From positions 27,410 through 91,409 of the IMG/VR virus record IMGVR_UViG_3300023174_000088: 64,000 nucleotides of DNA, one strand, 5' to 3'. The notes beneath the pieces are model-generated. The model made no database searches. It was given only the letters and a program-made list of their open reading frames with translations, and was not told the origin of the DNA. Positions 8,575 to 18,094 of the stretch are shown here, one piece after another (within the stretch, counting starts at the first letter, position 1; every line of letters starts with the position of its first letter). The DNA comes from a virus. Its lineage: Duplodnaviria; Heunggongvirae; Uroviricota; Caudoviricetes. The position numbers were made by a program, and so were the translations under genes.

Positions 8575-9629
8575 CTTAAAAAGTGGGTTTTATTTACAAC
8601 TGCTTGATAATCAGCGTCTGTCATGTCCTTTCTCTTCTTAAGCTCTTTAAACATACCAATCTGACCAAGAAAACCAAGACCTATACGGACATCATCCTCA
8701 CCATAGGAATTCTTGATGAGACGCATGCTTCTGAAATACTTAGCACCATAGTCATCCTTGAGTTTTGAGAGGGCATATCCAGAAGGATCATCCACCTTAT
8801 ATCTCATAGGATCGAATAGGGCCAATACAACATCAGCATCTTCTTGAGGAACAGAAGACTCCTTGAAATCCTCCAGCTGTGGCTCAACATCTCCATTCTT
8901 CAGTCTTGCAGGATTGCTAATCTCTCTGTTAAACTGCTGAACTGCTACAGGCGTATATCCAAAGAAGTCTCTGGCATATCGTAGCTCATCGCTCATCTTG
9001 TCAATAGCCTGCTTTTTAGTGGGCTGGTCTTTTGTAGTTTTTAACAAGCCAAGATGGTCAACCACCACCATTGTGATTTCATTCTCATCATTGGGGATGT
9101 AAATCTTGTTGTATTCATCAAGCTGTTCAATCCTACCACGTTGTAAGGCATGGGCTTTTAGTTCTTTGGCTATACCTACAGGGTTCTCTGGACCACCAAT
9201 GATTGTCACCACCTCATTCATTTCTCCCATATAATCCTCATACATCAGGAATATATCGTGCTCATCTGGAGTCATTTTCTCTGTCCAACCCAACAGTTTA
9301 GGAACAGGAATCAACCTAGTGTGGTCAAGAAAGATCCTCCTACTCACCCATTTTGCAAGTTTATAGGTTTTAGACCGCTCCATTGACCGATATATCATGC
9401 GTAGTTTGATTTTTGGATCTTTCTGACTGATATACCAGTCAAAAGGATTCAAAACAAAGGCATCATCTACAAAACTCGTTTTACCAGAGCCTGTAAGACC
9501 GCCTACAACAAAATATATCCCTTTCCTAATGCCAACATACCTATTTAGCCTGTCAAATCCCATAGGAATTCCTGTATTTCTCCCAGAAAGTCCTTTCTCC
9601 ACCTCTTGTTTTAGTTGTTCAAAGCTCAT
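8571..9629 (-). CDS. DnaB-like replicative helicase (RecA-fold C-terminal domain)
   Basis: GIPMGFDRLNRYVGIRKGIYFVVGGLTGSGKTSFV matches the DnaB TGFxxLD...GxxxGxLxxIAARPxMGKT architecture; Walker B-like MVVVDHLGLL. Confidence 0.75.
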   Translation of the reverse strand: MSFEQLKQEVEKGLSGRNTGIPMGFDRLNRYVGIRKGIYFVVGGLTGSGKTSFVDDAFVLNPFDWYISQKDPKIKLRMIYRSMERSKTYKLAKWVSRRIFLDHTRLIPVPKLLGWTEKMTPDEHDIFLMYEDYMGEMNEVVTIIGGPENPVGIAKELKAHALQRGRIEQLDEYNKIYIPNDENEITMVVVDHLGLLKTTKDQPTKKQAIDKMSDELRYARDFFGYTPVAVQQFNREISNPARLKNGDVEPQLEDFKESSVPQEDADVVLALFDPMRYKVDDPSGYALSKLKDDYGAKYFRSMRLIKNSYGEDDVRIGLGFLGQIGMFKELKKRKDMTDADYQAVVNKTHFLR

Positions 9630-9639
9630 ATTGTAATTT

Positions 9640-10266
9640 TTAAATGTCAGTGCTTCCTGTCATCTCTTTTGCTTCCACAATAGTGACACCAGACTTTATC
9701 AACTCGATGAATGGTTCAAATGTCCGTTGGTTGAGATAGGTGAGACTGTTCTGCATGAATTTAAGCTTGTTTGTTTTCTCCTTTACAGAGTTTTCTTTCT
9801 TCTGTTCCACCTCAAAGGTTAAAGCAGCTATAAGCTCCTGTGCTGTATACTCTCCCTCTTCAAGGATTTTGTTAAACTTTGCTTTACAGTCGTCCTTCTT
9901 TGTCCTCAAACTTCTTGTACCATTGAATGTCTTTCCTTTGTGGGAGAATGTATCAGTTCCTGGATAGGCCTTCCACCATTCATCAAACCCACTCACCACT
10001 ATTCTCTTTTTAACCTTTGTGGCCTCAGGAGAGGATTCAGAGGCAAAACTCATAAGTTCTCTACCTACAAGTGTAACCTTTCCATCATCTGTGATGAGTG
10101 CTTTTCTGTAAATGCCTTGATAAAGAGCCCCCAGTTTAGGGGACTCTTTACAAGATTCTTTTACATCCACTCCACTTTCAGCAAGCATCAGCAGGAACAC
10201 CATGTCTAATGTATATCCAGCATTATGGATTTTCTGGAAATTCGAGAATGTTAGCGTTTTCATCAT
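9640..10266 (-). CDS. Hypothetical protein (208 aa)
   Basis: ORF in the operon; no motif recognised. Confidence 0.4.
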   Translation of the reverse strand: MMKTLTFSNFQKIHNAGYTLDMVFLLMLAESGVDVKESCKESPKLGALYQGIYRKALITDDGKVTLVGRELMSFASESSPEATKVKKRIVVSGFDEWWKAYPGTDTFSHKGKTFNGTRSLRTKKDDCKAKFNKILEEGEYTAQELIAALTFEVEQKKENSVKEKTNKLKFMQNSLTYLNQRTFEPFIELIKSGVTIVEAKEMTGSTDI

Positions 10267-10420
10267 GTTCTTCAGGTTTTACCACTATTATTTTTGCAGG
10301 TTGTCTATTAATATGTTCCCATTCTTGCCATGCCTCTTCCATTTCTTTTTGCATTTCTAATATGTAAATCTGGTCTTTGAGAGATTCTCTCTCCCAATCT
10401 TCGATTATAAAATCTTTCAT
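10223..10420 (-). CDS. Small acidic hypothetical protein (65 aa)
   Basis: ORF. Confidence 0.3.
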   Translation of the reverse strand: MKDFIIEDWERESLKDQIYILEMQKEMEEAWQEWEHINRQPAKIIVVKPEEHDENANILEFPENP

Positions 10421-10429
10421 ACAAAACTT

Positions 10430-10765
10430 TTAGGTGTTAGAAATGTTTTTCCAATATTTCTCATCTTTCAATGTGTAAATAAGAACTGAAGGCTCATCTT
10501 CAGATGATGATTTTCTTATAGTTAGTGATTCTAAAGCAAGACCTTCATATCTTGATTTTATCTCATCAATCATATATTCAGCGTTTCTAGTGGTGGTTAC
10601 ATAACGCTGTGTCAGATTGCTGTTTAAATACACATAATAAATACACCTAGCAGCTCGCCAGCCCAAAGAATGTCCATCTTCCATCTTTTTCAGTTTTTGA
10701 TGATTTGTAAATAATCTTGGCCACTTGTGTAGTGCCTTTCTCAAGAATCTTTTCCATGTACACAT
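10430..10765 (-). CDS. Hypothetical ORF (111 aa) overlapping the previous gene; true start uncertain
   Basis: Could be a shorter gene starting at an internal Met (about 10573) or a frameshifted continuation. Confidence 0.25.
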   Translation of the reverse strand: MCTWKRFLRKALHKWPRLFTNHQKLKKMEDGHSLGWRAARCIYYVYLNSNLTQRYVTTTRNAEYMIDEIKSRYEGLALESLTIRKSSSEDEPSVLIYTLKDEKYWKNISNT

Positions 10766-11198
10766 TTGTAATGGCCATGTTCTTTTCTGTGTATTCTCTC
10801 CCTATCTTCAAGGCCTCTCCTTTTGTGTTACATCTTGCTATTGCATCATCATACCCGTCATACACTACATATTTCAACACCCATTTCTTTGTACCTGGAC
10901 TAACTGTGTGCTCCACTTTAGACCTCACCTTCTTGTTGTTCTGGACAGGATCTTCTGTGCAAATAGCATAACACATTCCTTTTGGACAATCATCCATCTT
11001 TTCCTTGATGAACAAAGCCATGGGCTTCTTTGACCTTCTGAATTCTTCTGTAAGGTCTTTAAGAGAATGTGTACTGTTTATTTCTCCTGAATAACCTTCT
11101 TGATGACCATATTCATCATTAGCATTGTCAACAGCAGTGCTGTAGGCTTGTTGCAATGATTTACCTCTTGCAAAGGTATGAAATTCTTGTGCTCCCAT
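10647..11198 (-). CDS. Hypothetical protein (183 aa)
   Basis: ORF; overlaps the 10430..10765 ORF by about 119 nt in another frame. Confidence 0.45.
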   Translation of the reverse strand: MGAQEFHTFARGKSLQQAYSTAVDNANDEYGHQEGYSGEINSTHSLKDLTEEFRRSKKPMALFIKEKMDDCPKGMCYAICTEDPVQNNKKVRSKVEHTVSPGTKKWVLKYVVYDGYDDAIARCNTKGEALKIGREYTEKNMAITNVYMEKILEKGTTQVAKIIYKSSKTEKDGRWTFFGLASC

Positions 11199-11262
11199 TG
11201 TTTTAAGTTTTAAAGATTAGTGTTAATAATAAAAGAAAAAGGATGCAAATTGATACAAAAGC

Positions 11263-11299
11263 GAAGGTCTCAGAATCCTTCATCTGAGACCTTCTTTTT
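11263..11299. terminator. Bidirectional hairpin terminator between two minus-strand genes
   Basis: GAAGGTCTCAGA-atccttca-TCTGAGACCTTC 12-bp perfect stem; TTTTT on the plus side and a TTTT run on the minus side. Confidence 0.55.
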
Positions 11300-11323
11300 C
11301 CTTGGTTTTCCATGTTTTTCATT

Positions 11324-11677
11324 TTAGAACCACCAGCTTTCTATGTGTTCTGATAGCATTTCAAATGCGTCCACTCTTGCCCTGTTATGGGCAGCAATTG
11401 CATTTTCTACGTCATTCTGTTTTAAATCCTCTTTGTTAATCAAATGTTCCTGAAAAATCTCGTTCTGTACAATATCCAGAAGAATAGCACATTGTTCCAT
11501 TTGCTGAGCGCTTCTTCCTGCACTAGTGTGAAGACTGTATTTTCGCATAGCTTCTGCACTGAACATCAGCTTCTTCTTCATGATTTCCATTATGAAAGTG
11601 TAGTCTGAATCCCTATCCTTCCATATAATGGGGAACCATTTGATGAGATTTCTAATCCCTTGGATGAAATTTTGCAT
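11324..11677 (-). CDS. Hypothetical protein (117 aa)
   Basis: ORF. Confidence 0.4.
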   Translation of the reverse strand: MQNFIQGIRNLIKWFPIIWKDRDSDYTFIMEIMKKKLMFSAEAMRKYSLHTSAGRSAQQMEQCAILLDIVQNEIFQEHLINKEDLKQNDVENAIAAHNRARVDAFEMLSEHIESWWF

Positions 11678-11680
11678 AAA

Positions 11681-11944
11681 TTAGTCTTTGATTTTTAGTC
11701 CAAATTGTAAATTAAACCATCCAAATATGCCTTCAGATCTGCCCTTGTTGCATTTGAAGGTTTTCTTTATCAGAGGAATTGCATATTTCTTGAACTCGTC
11801 AGCCTGTTCTTGCGTACAAGTCCAATTAAATATCCACATGTCATCCTTTAGAGCCTCTTCAAATGTCTTTCCAATCATAGCAAGCTGATATCTTACAAGG
11901 TGTTCTCCTATGTTTTCTCTTGTTATTTTTTCTTTTGTCACCAT
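11681..11944 (-). CDS. Hypothetical protein (87 aa)
   Basis: ORF immediately downstream of the DNA polymerase gene. Confidence 0.35.
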   Translation of the reverse strand: MVTKEKITRENIGEHLVRYQLAMIGKTFEEALKDDMWIFNWTCTQEQADEFKKYAIPLIKKTFKCNKGRSEGIFGWFNLQFGLKIKD

Positions 11945-13929
11945 AGTGTAAGTTGATTTGGGTTGATGATGATGTTTCTTTTCTTGCCCTCTGTAGCAAT
12001 CTTATGTACAATCTTGTTTGCTCGTTCTATGTAATAATCATAATTGATGTTCTCAAGAGAATGTGTAGGTGGTAGGTGGTTACACACAGTCATCACCCAT
12101 TCACCTGCCTCCACTTGAGAAACATCTGCTGCTTTTGTATCACAGTCTTCGTTTTTCACTTTAAGAAGCTTCTCGCCAGTTTTAGATAGATAATACCGAA
12201 TGAGCTTATTGTACGTAGTCTTCTCACCTGTGCGCCTATTAACTCCCTCATAGTGAAAGTCTTTTGAACTCTTCTGTCTAAGACAAAAGTCATAAATATT
12301 ATCATGGTTTCTAATAGTGTGTTCAATAGGAGTGCCATGAACGAAATACTGCTCAAGGGCAATAGCACACACACGAGCAGACTTATTCTTATGTAATTCA
12401 AAATCCGTAAGGAAATCTCCTTTCTTTTTAACTTCTCCATCTGTTTTAATTGCTAAATAGTCATTGACTGTTGAAAATATAATCTTCTGATAATCAGTGC
12501 GTTCGAGCTCATATGATGTTAGATTCATCCACCACTCATTGATGGCTTTCATGAGTTCCAAACTGTCCTTTTTCACCATAATGGTTACACCGTCTGTATT
12601 GGCAGATATGACACGAATACCTCTGAGTTCATATTGCTCAATAAGCATAAGCAAGGACAGTTCTCCTGTTATGGTGGTGAACATGGTGAGTTGTCTGTCA
12701 TAAATCCAACTCTGCATGTCAGAACTTTTGCCATACACACTATTAACAGCAAGTTTGAGAGCACCTACAATCCCCTTTATCTTCTTGTCCTTCTTGGCTA
12801 AGGGCTTGAGTTCAAGACGCTTTTCAAACATCTTTTTATACCCTGCCAGGAATTCTTTACCAAGATGATGGGGATAGCGACCATTATTAATAATGATAGC
12901 AGGATAGTAAGAACTAACGTCCCAATCGATAATAAAATGCTCATCATCAGCTTCAAATATCTTGGGGGTATTTTCTGTATGAAGGCCACCTTTCGCAAAT
13001 GTATAGTGATTGTCATAAAAAATGATTGTTTCTTTAAAATCATCCATGAGTCCAATTTTGGTGGATTTCACCTTGTTGAGAAAGTCTTGGAGTGGTTTGG
13101 TTTGAAATTTAATGTATTTTGCTACACAGTGCTTCAGGTTGATTTCTTTCCTGAAATATCCCTTCTTTGGCAGTTGGGGATATTCTATTCCCTTTTCCTG
13201 GCAATAATACTTCTTAATCATCTCATCTCCAATCTTACTGTCTGAATAATTAAGACATTTTATGCCAAATTCCTCTTGTATGTCCATCCTCAATTCTATC
13301 TGATTGTTTCCCTTGTATAAGGGATGGGATGTCTCACCAATAGTGACAAGATAGAACTGATAGGTGGCAAACACATCATTCTTACAATAGTCAATGATGA
13401 TTTGTCTGTCCTGCTCTGTCATGTTGGTTTTTGTGTAGTGGATGGGCATTTCTTCTATGTTCTCAAGATCCATTTCAAACTCAAGCCTCTTTAGAGAAAC
13501 ACGCCTGTTTTTGTTGTCAAAATGGTGTATTCTAAAGAGGTCTAATTGTTTAAAACTCAATTGGTCTTCCCTGTATTCAGGAAACACGTCATAATTAGCA
13601 TCATGTATGACATCTTGAGCCTTTTGGCATATTTTGGAAACAATTTCCTCATGTCCCAGTTCATGCCATTCTTGATGATTCCTAATCACCCATTCAACCA
13701 CCTGACTGTCAAATCTAAGATTGTTATATCCCACCCAATAATGGTCATTGTGGGCTTCTATGAATGATGTAAGTGAGTCAACTTGGTTGGCCCACTTGCT
13801 CACTTCAAATGTATGAGTTTCATCCTTCTGTGGATTGTAAACAACCATCAGAAAGATTTCTTTCATAGTCTCGATGTCATAAATCAGCACATTCATGTTT
13901 GTAAATTTAATGTTTTTTCTTACGTGCAA
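11938..13929 (-). CDS. Family B DNA polymerase with a 3'-5' exonuclease domain
   Basis: Exo I LIYDIET (DxE), Exo II YNNLRFDSQ, Exo III IDYCKNDVFATYQFY; pol motif A DWDVSSYYPAII (DxxSLYPS-like), motif B KLAVNSVYGK (KxxxNSxYG), motif C ISANTDGVTI. Confidence 0.85.
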   Translation of the reverse strand: MHVRKNIKFTNMNVLIYDIETMKEIFLMVVYNPQKDETHTFEVSKWANQVDSLTSFIEAHNDHYWVGYNNLRFDSQVVEWVIRNHQEWHELGHEEIVSKICQKAQDVIHDANYDVFPEYREDQLSFKQLDLFRIHHFDNKNRRVSLKRLEFEMDLENIEEMPIHYTKTNMTEQDRQIIIDYCKNDVFATYQFYLVTIGETSHPLYKGNNQIELRMDIQEEFGIKCLNYSDSKIGDEMIKKYYCQEKGIEYPQLPKKGYFRKEINLKHCVAKYIKFQTKPLQDFLNKVKSTKIGLMDDFKETIIFYDNHYTFAKGGLHTENTPKIFEADDEHFIIDWDVSSYYPAIIINNGRYPHHLGKEFLAGYKKMFEKRLELKPLAKKDKKIKGIVGALKLAVNSVYGKSSDMQSWIYDRQLTMFTTITGELSLLMLIEQYELRGIRVISANTDGVTIMVKKDSLELMKAINEWWMNLTSYELERTDYQKIIFSTVNDYLAIKTDGEVKKKGDFLTDFELHKNKSARVCAIALEQYFVHGTPIEHTIRNHDNIYDFCLRQKSSKDFHYEGVNRRTGEKTTYNKLIRYYLSKTGEKLLKVKNEDCDTKAADVSQVEAGEWVMTVCNHLPPTHSLENINYDYYIERANKIVHKIATEGKKRNIIINPNQLTLW

Positions 13930-14063
13930 TCTCCTTGTCTATCAAATACACCCATACAATGCTGATTATAGAGGTGAAGAAGAGATTGACTAAATGTACT
14001 TTCCACATGTTGTTTGGTTTTTAATGTGTTATATTACCCCCAAAAGGGTGCAATTTGTGTCTT

Positions 14064-14399
14064 TTATGACACATTATTGCATCTATCGCAATATTGCGGT
14101 GGTAAATAATCTATTTCTCCTTTTACATATTTTGATTCTTTCTCATTAAACTCACCTCCCACCTTTATAATCACATTGCATTTAGAACATAACAAGGCTC
14201 CTTTACCCCCGTTAAACTTTACAATTGCTTTTGGTTCTTCCCAATATCTACAATAAAAATGCTCTCCAAGCTCATCTATAAGCTTTTGAGGATAACCTTG
14301 TTCTACAAGCCATACAAGAGAGTCTTGTCTTCTATCTTCAGGAATAGGCTTAGGAAACCCATACTTCCATCCTGATGGTGGATCAATCATTAGTGTCAT
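14064..14399 (-). CDS. Hypothetical Cys-containing protein (111 aa)
   Basis: ORF; CxxC pairs (CSKC, CDRC) suggest zinc binding. Confidence 0.4.
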   Translation of the reverse strand: MTLMIDPPSGWKYGFPKPIPEDRRQDSLVWLVEQGYPQKLIDELGEHFYCRYWEEPKAIVKFNGGKGALLCSKCNVIIKVGGEFNEKESKYVKGEIDYLPPQYCDRCNNVS

Positions 14400-14794
14400 T
14401 GTCTTTGTTTTAATTGTTCACGATACCATTTAGCACCCATTTTCCAAGAAGTGCTTTTAGTGTGTTCTTTAAATTCCCAAAACTTATAAGATGCTTTTTC
14501 TATTTCTTCATCTGATATTTCTTTAGGTACACAATGAAATCTCATTGGTTGTTTATTCATATCCTGAAGCATCTTTATTGCTTGGTCATCTGATATTTCT
14601 TGTTGGGGAAATTGTGCATCACTTCGAGGATTGCCTCGATGAGATGTTTCCTTACTTAAAAATGTTTCTTGTTGGGGAAGTTGTGCTTTATATTCTTCCA
14701 TGGCTTCAAGTATTTCGGGTATGTGTGTTAATCTAAACTCAGAAGTATCATCAACAGTTAATTTAGATTGCAATATTTCAAATGCTGTTTTCAT
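14396..14794 (-). CDS. Hypothetical protein (132 aa)
   Basis: ORF with a 4-nt overlap to the upstream gene. Confidence 0.4.
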   Translation of the reverse strand: MKTAFEILQSKLTVDDTSEFRLTHIPEILEAMEEYKAQLPQQETFLSKETSHRGNPRSDAQFPQQEISDDQAIKMLQDMNKQPMRFHCVPKEISDEEIEKASYKFWEFKEHTKSTSWKMGAKWYREQLKQRQ

Positions 14795-14796
14795 AA

Positions 14797-14949
14797 TTAA
14801 TCTTTTTTAGGTTGTTTTTTAAATTTCCATACCGCAATACCATCTATTATTGCCCATTTTATTTTACGTTTTCTAAACCCTCCAACACAATAATGTGGGC
14901 TTTTATGGGTAAACTTATCTCTACCACATAGTAAGCATTTTAATTTCAT
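14797..14949 (-). CDS. Small Cys-containing protein (50 aa; MKLKCLLCGRDKFTHKSPHYC...), hand-translated
   Basis: ATG overlaps the TGA of the upstream gene (ATGA); TAA stop sits 2 nt before the next gene's ATG; CxxC...HxxC pattern. Confidence 0.35.
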   Translation of the reverse strand: MKLKCLLCGRDKFTHKSPHYCVGGFRKRKIKWAIIDGIAVWKFKKQPKKD

Positions 14950-15734
14950 TTTTTAGGTTGTTTAAGTGATTGGATTTTACTGTCTAATTCATCCATTATT
15001 TTTGCTTCTGATTTGAAACTATGCCATACTCCCAAAGTCATTTTAGCAGTCCAATACATTAACTTTTCAACTTGTTCCTCTGTATATAGAGTTTCTTTGG
15101 CTTTGGTGTAACCTGTTGTGAATGCTTTTCTTATTAAAGAAGAATTTGGGTATAAATCATCATTTAATGGATAAAATTCTTCAGCCAATTTCTCAACATC
15201 ATCTTTTATCATTTCGTTGGTGTCAACAGGATGAGTTTCTATAGGCATAAGTCTTGGTTTTCTCAATTTAACCTTATCAACTGCTTCTTTATATAGGTCT
15301 TCATCCACTCTTGTCTGTTGTATCATTTCATCTTCACTCTTAAAAGGGTATAAACCCAAGTCCTGCATTATCATTTGCATAATCCTTTCATTTGGAGTTT
15401 CCCAATCCCAATCGCCATAATACCAAGATTTTGCTAATAATCTTGCCAACGTCTCAAGTTTTTCTTTTCTATTGTCTATAAATGGTTTTTCTTCTTTAAT
15501 TAGTTTGGCATAAGTCAATCCATTTACACCGACTTCCCCATTTTCCCATTCTGTTACTATCTCAAACTCTACTTCTTGAGTAAATTTAGATGTGAAGCAA
15601 GTTTCCATCATCTCAATAAAGTAGGGATGTAATGGTATATATCTCCACTCATTAACTGATGAGTGTGATTGTTTATATTCTGATAAGTACGACACCATCC
15701 ATCCTTGTTCTGTTTTGTGTAATGTTCCTTTCAT
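14946..15734 (-). CDS. Hypothetical protein (262 aa)
   Basis: ORF. Confidence 0.45.
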   Translation of the reverse strand: MKGTLHKTEQGWMVSYLSEYKQSHSSVNEWRYIPLHPYFIEMMETCFTSKFTQEVEFEIVTEWENGEVGVNGLTYAKLIKEEKPFIDNRKEKLETLARLLAKSWYYGDWDWETPNERIMQMIMQDLGLYPFKSEDEMIQQTRVDEDLYKEAVDKVKLRKPRLMPIETHPVDTNEMIKDDVEKLAEEFYPLNDDLYPNSSLIRKAFTTGYTKAKETLYTEEQVEKLMYWTAKMTLGVWHSFKSEAKIMDELDSKIQSLKQPKK

Positions 15735-15826
15735 AAATTAATCTTTTTTAGAGTTTTTACCAATTCTATATCCTACATAGAACCATCCTAAATGTCCTAT
15801 TATTACTATTACATGTGTTAGTGTTG

Positions 15827-16063
15827 TCATAGTTTTTCTATTTCTTGTTTTACATCTTTCCAATACAATCTTTCTCTATTTTCACAATACTCATCTATAT
15901 CTTCAAGGTATTCGCCTTGTGGCAATACATTTAAGACCTCATTTACCGCTATCAAAGCACATTGCTTACAATTCTGATGAGATGTATTAACATCTCCAGC
16001 CCACATAACCACATATGTCGCATATTTCCCGAATAATTCTTTTGCTTTTTCTTTTGGTGTCAT
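15827..16063 (-). CDS. Small hypothetical protein (78 aa)
   Basis: ORF. Confidence 0.35.
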   Translation of the reverse strand: MTPKEKAKELFGKYATYVVMWAGDVNTSHQNCKQCALIAVNEVLNVLPQGEYLEDIDEYCENRERLYWKDVKQEIEKL

Positions 16064-16278
16064 TTGTTACCTCCGTATGTTTCGTTATAGTATTGCTCTC
16101 CTGTTACAGGCTCATTGTGTCTTTCATTAGCACCATCATCATAAGCATAAATAATCTGAATACGTTCTTTCTGTTTTGCTATTGAGAATGTCATGCAAGC
16201 CACTTCAAACAAATCCCCATCATGCTCAAAATGGCTTTTAATTTTATCCCAATACCAATCTAAAGCAGTTTGTTCCAT
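16060..16278 (-). CDS. Small hypothetical protein (72 aa)
   Basis: ORF with a 4-nt overlap. Confidence 0.35.
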   Translation of the reverse strand: MEQTALDWYWDKIKSHFEHDGDLFEVACMTFSIAKQKERIQIIYAYDDGANERHNEPVTGEQYYNETYGGNK

Positions 16279-16280
16279 GA

Positions 16281-16487
16281 TTAATCTTTTTTAAATGTTT
16301 CGTTATAGTATTTCTCTGCAAAATCAGTTCCTTTCCATCTTTCAGCAGCATCTATTATCTCCTGCTTGTGCATTTCTTTGGCTTGTTCAATTAATTCATC
16401 AAATGTTTTCCAATCTAAATTCAAATGTGAAGATGAACCGTATTCTTCAAGTTCTTTTTTTAACCATTCTATTGATGTCTGTTTCAT
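16281..16487 (-). CDS. Small hypothetical protein (68 aa)
   Basis: ORF. Confidence 0.35.
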   Translation of the reverse strand: MKQTSIEWLKKELEEYGSSSHLNLDWKTFDELIEQAKEMHKQEIIDAAERWKGTDFAEKYYNETFKKD

Positions 16488-16592
16488 GTTGTTTTAATTT
16501 GTTTTAAAATAAACAGGTCTTAGGGAACGTATTATTTCCTTCATTATCCTTCTAGATGGGAAGCGTGTACCTGTTTATAATTTTAAAAAGTT

Positions 16593-17018
16593 TTACCATT
16601 TATACCCCACTCCTTTCACTGTTGTTATGCATTTGTCAAACAGGTTTTTTCTAATAAGTCTGACATGCACATCCACTGTACGATCACCTACAATCACATC
16701 AGAGCCCCAGATATCATTGAGGATTTTGTCTCTTGTGATAGACTTACCTTCATTACAGATGAAATAGGATATCAGTTCTGTCACCTTTCTGGGAAGTCTT
16801 CTCTTAACTCCTTTGTATTCAACAGTGTATTCATCTCTGTTTACAATAACATCTTTACTTTCAAGCTTTTGTATGTTTGCCTCTTCTACTTCCTTCAAAT
16901 GATGAAGAATTTCTTCTTTTGTGTAGAAGGATTTTTCGGAATTGATGATTTCTATTTTGAATTGTCTCATTTTGAGAGGGTTTTTAAAAAGAGCATGCAC
17001 AGGAAAATTCCCATGCAT
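16593..17018 (-). CDS. Standalone OmpR/PhoB-type winged-helix DNA-binding protein with no receiver domain
   Basis: C-terminal LPRKVTELISYFICNEGKSITRDKILNDIWGSDVIVGDRTVDVHVRLIRKNLFDKCITTVKGVGYKW matches the OmpR trans_reg_C consensus (LTxxEFxLL...RTVDVHIxRLRKKL...TVRGVGYRF). Confidence 0.7.
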   Translation of the reverse strand: MHGNFPVHALFKNPLKMRQFKIEIINSEKSFYTKEEILHHLKEVEEANIQKLESKDVIVNRDEYTVEYKGVKRRLPRKVTELISYFICNEGKSITRDKILNDIWGSDVIVGDRTVDVHVRLIRKNLFDKCITTVKGVGYKW

Positions 17019-17042
17019 GCCCAGGGGTTACAAAAATACCGC

Positions 17043-17276
17043 TTATTTTTTGAACTTTGAAGAATATGCACGATATTCTTCACTTGGCTTGTAGGAATAC
17101 ATGCCATTGATGACTTTCACTCTCTCTGATGGATGCGGAAATATCACATCAAAGAGTTTTGCAGCATTAGCTGCTGTGTACACCTGCACATCTGAGGAAA
17201 TTTCCTTATAGAATGTGGTGGAATACACTAATTTGGCATTTGGGTTTGCCATTCTGATTCTCGTTCTTGTTTTCAT
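17043..17276 (-). CDS. Small hypothetical protein (77 aa)
   Basis: ORF. Confidence 0.35.
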   Translation of the reverse strand: MKTRTRIRMANPNAKLVYSTTFYKEISSDVQVYTAANAAKLFDVIFPHPSERVKVINGMYSYKPSEEYRAYSSKFKK

Positions 17277-17299
17277 GACAAATTGGAGGTTTATGTGAA

Positions 17300-18094
17300 T
17301 TAAGAGAGTTTCTCAAACAGTTCAGACAGTCTACCTTCTTCTTGAGTGGCAAGAATAAACTTTTCTTTGTTCTTCTGAAGTTTTGATAAAAACAATTCAT
17401 GGTCATATTTAGGAGTTGCTCTCAAGAATTTGACATACTCTTTAATAGCATATCTATTCTCAAAGCGATTCATCCGTGGCACAACCTTTAACATATCAGT
17501 GACATAGTTCAAAATTTGAACATTTTGTTGTTCATTGTTGATTTTGAAGTCTCCTGATTTCAAAACTTTAGTGATATTGCCACCGCTTCTGGTGTTTCCC
17601 ATCAGAATTGCTGCAAGTTCAGATATTTCCATGTCGTACACCTCAAAATAATGATTGAGTTTTACATAATCATCTTTAAGACTTGACCATGCTGTAACAT
17701 AATCTTGCATACTCCATGTTTTGGAAGAAGCATTTAACATAGCAATCTTCTCTACAAGATCTTGTTTGTCCTTCACTTGAATTGTCACATATGGAATTTC
17801 CCATCCCAAACGAATGAGTGCATTGAAGATATGCTGACCATCAATAATGTATTTACCCAATTTACCACTAATAAATGCCAATTCAGCAATTACAACTGGC
17901 CTAATAGCTCCCATCATTTCCAAAGACTTTGCAAGTTTAGTCACTTGTGAAGGATTAATTGCTCGGTTGATACCTGCCAGATAGCTGAATTTAATGTTAC
18001 CATTAAGAGATAACCATTTCATGCTTTTGAGTGCTGCTTTGTACTCAATTTTAAACTCTTTTTTTGTTCTTGAAGGTTGCGTTGACTTTTTCAT
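17300..18094 (-). CDS. ParB-like nuclease (ParB/Srx) domain protein
   Basis: RPVVIAELAFISGKLGKYIIDGQHIFNALIRLG resembles the ParB N-terminal box (GxxRxxA...DGxHR). Confidence 0.5.
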   Translation of the reverse strand: MKKSTQPSRTKKEFKIEYKAALKSMKWLSLNGNIKFSYLAGINRAINPSQVTKLAKSLEMMGAIRPVVIAELAFISGKLGKYIIDGQHIFNALIRLGWEIPYVTIQVKDKQDLVEKIAMLNASSKTWSMQDYVTAWSSLKDDYVKLNHYFEVYDMEISELAAILMGNTRSGGNITKVLKSGDFKINNEQQNVQILNYVTDMLKVVPRMNRFENRYAIKEYVKFLRATPKYDHELFLSKLQKNKEKFILATQEEGRLSELFEKLS

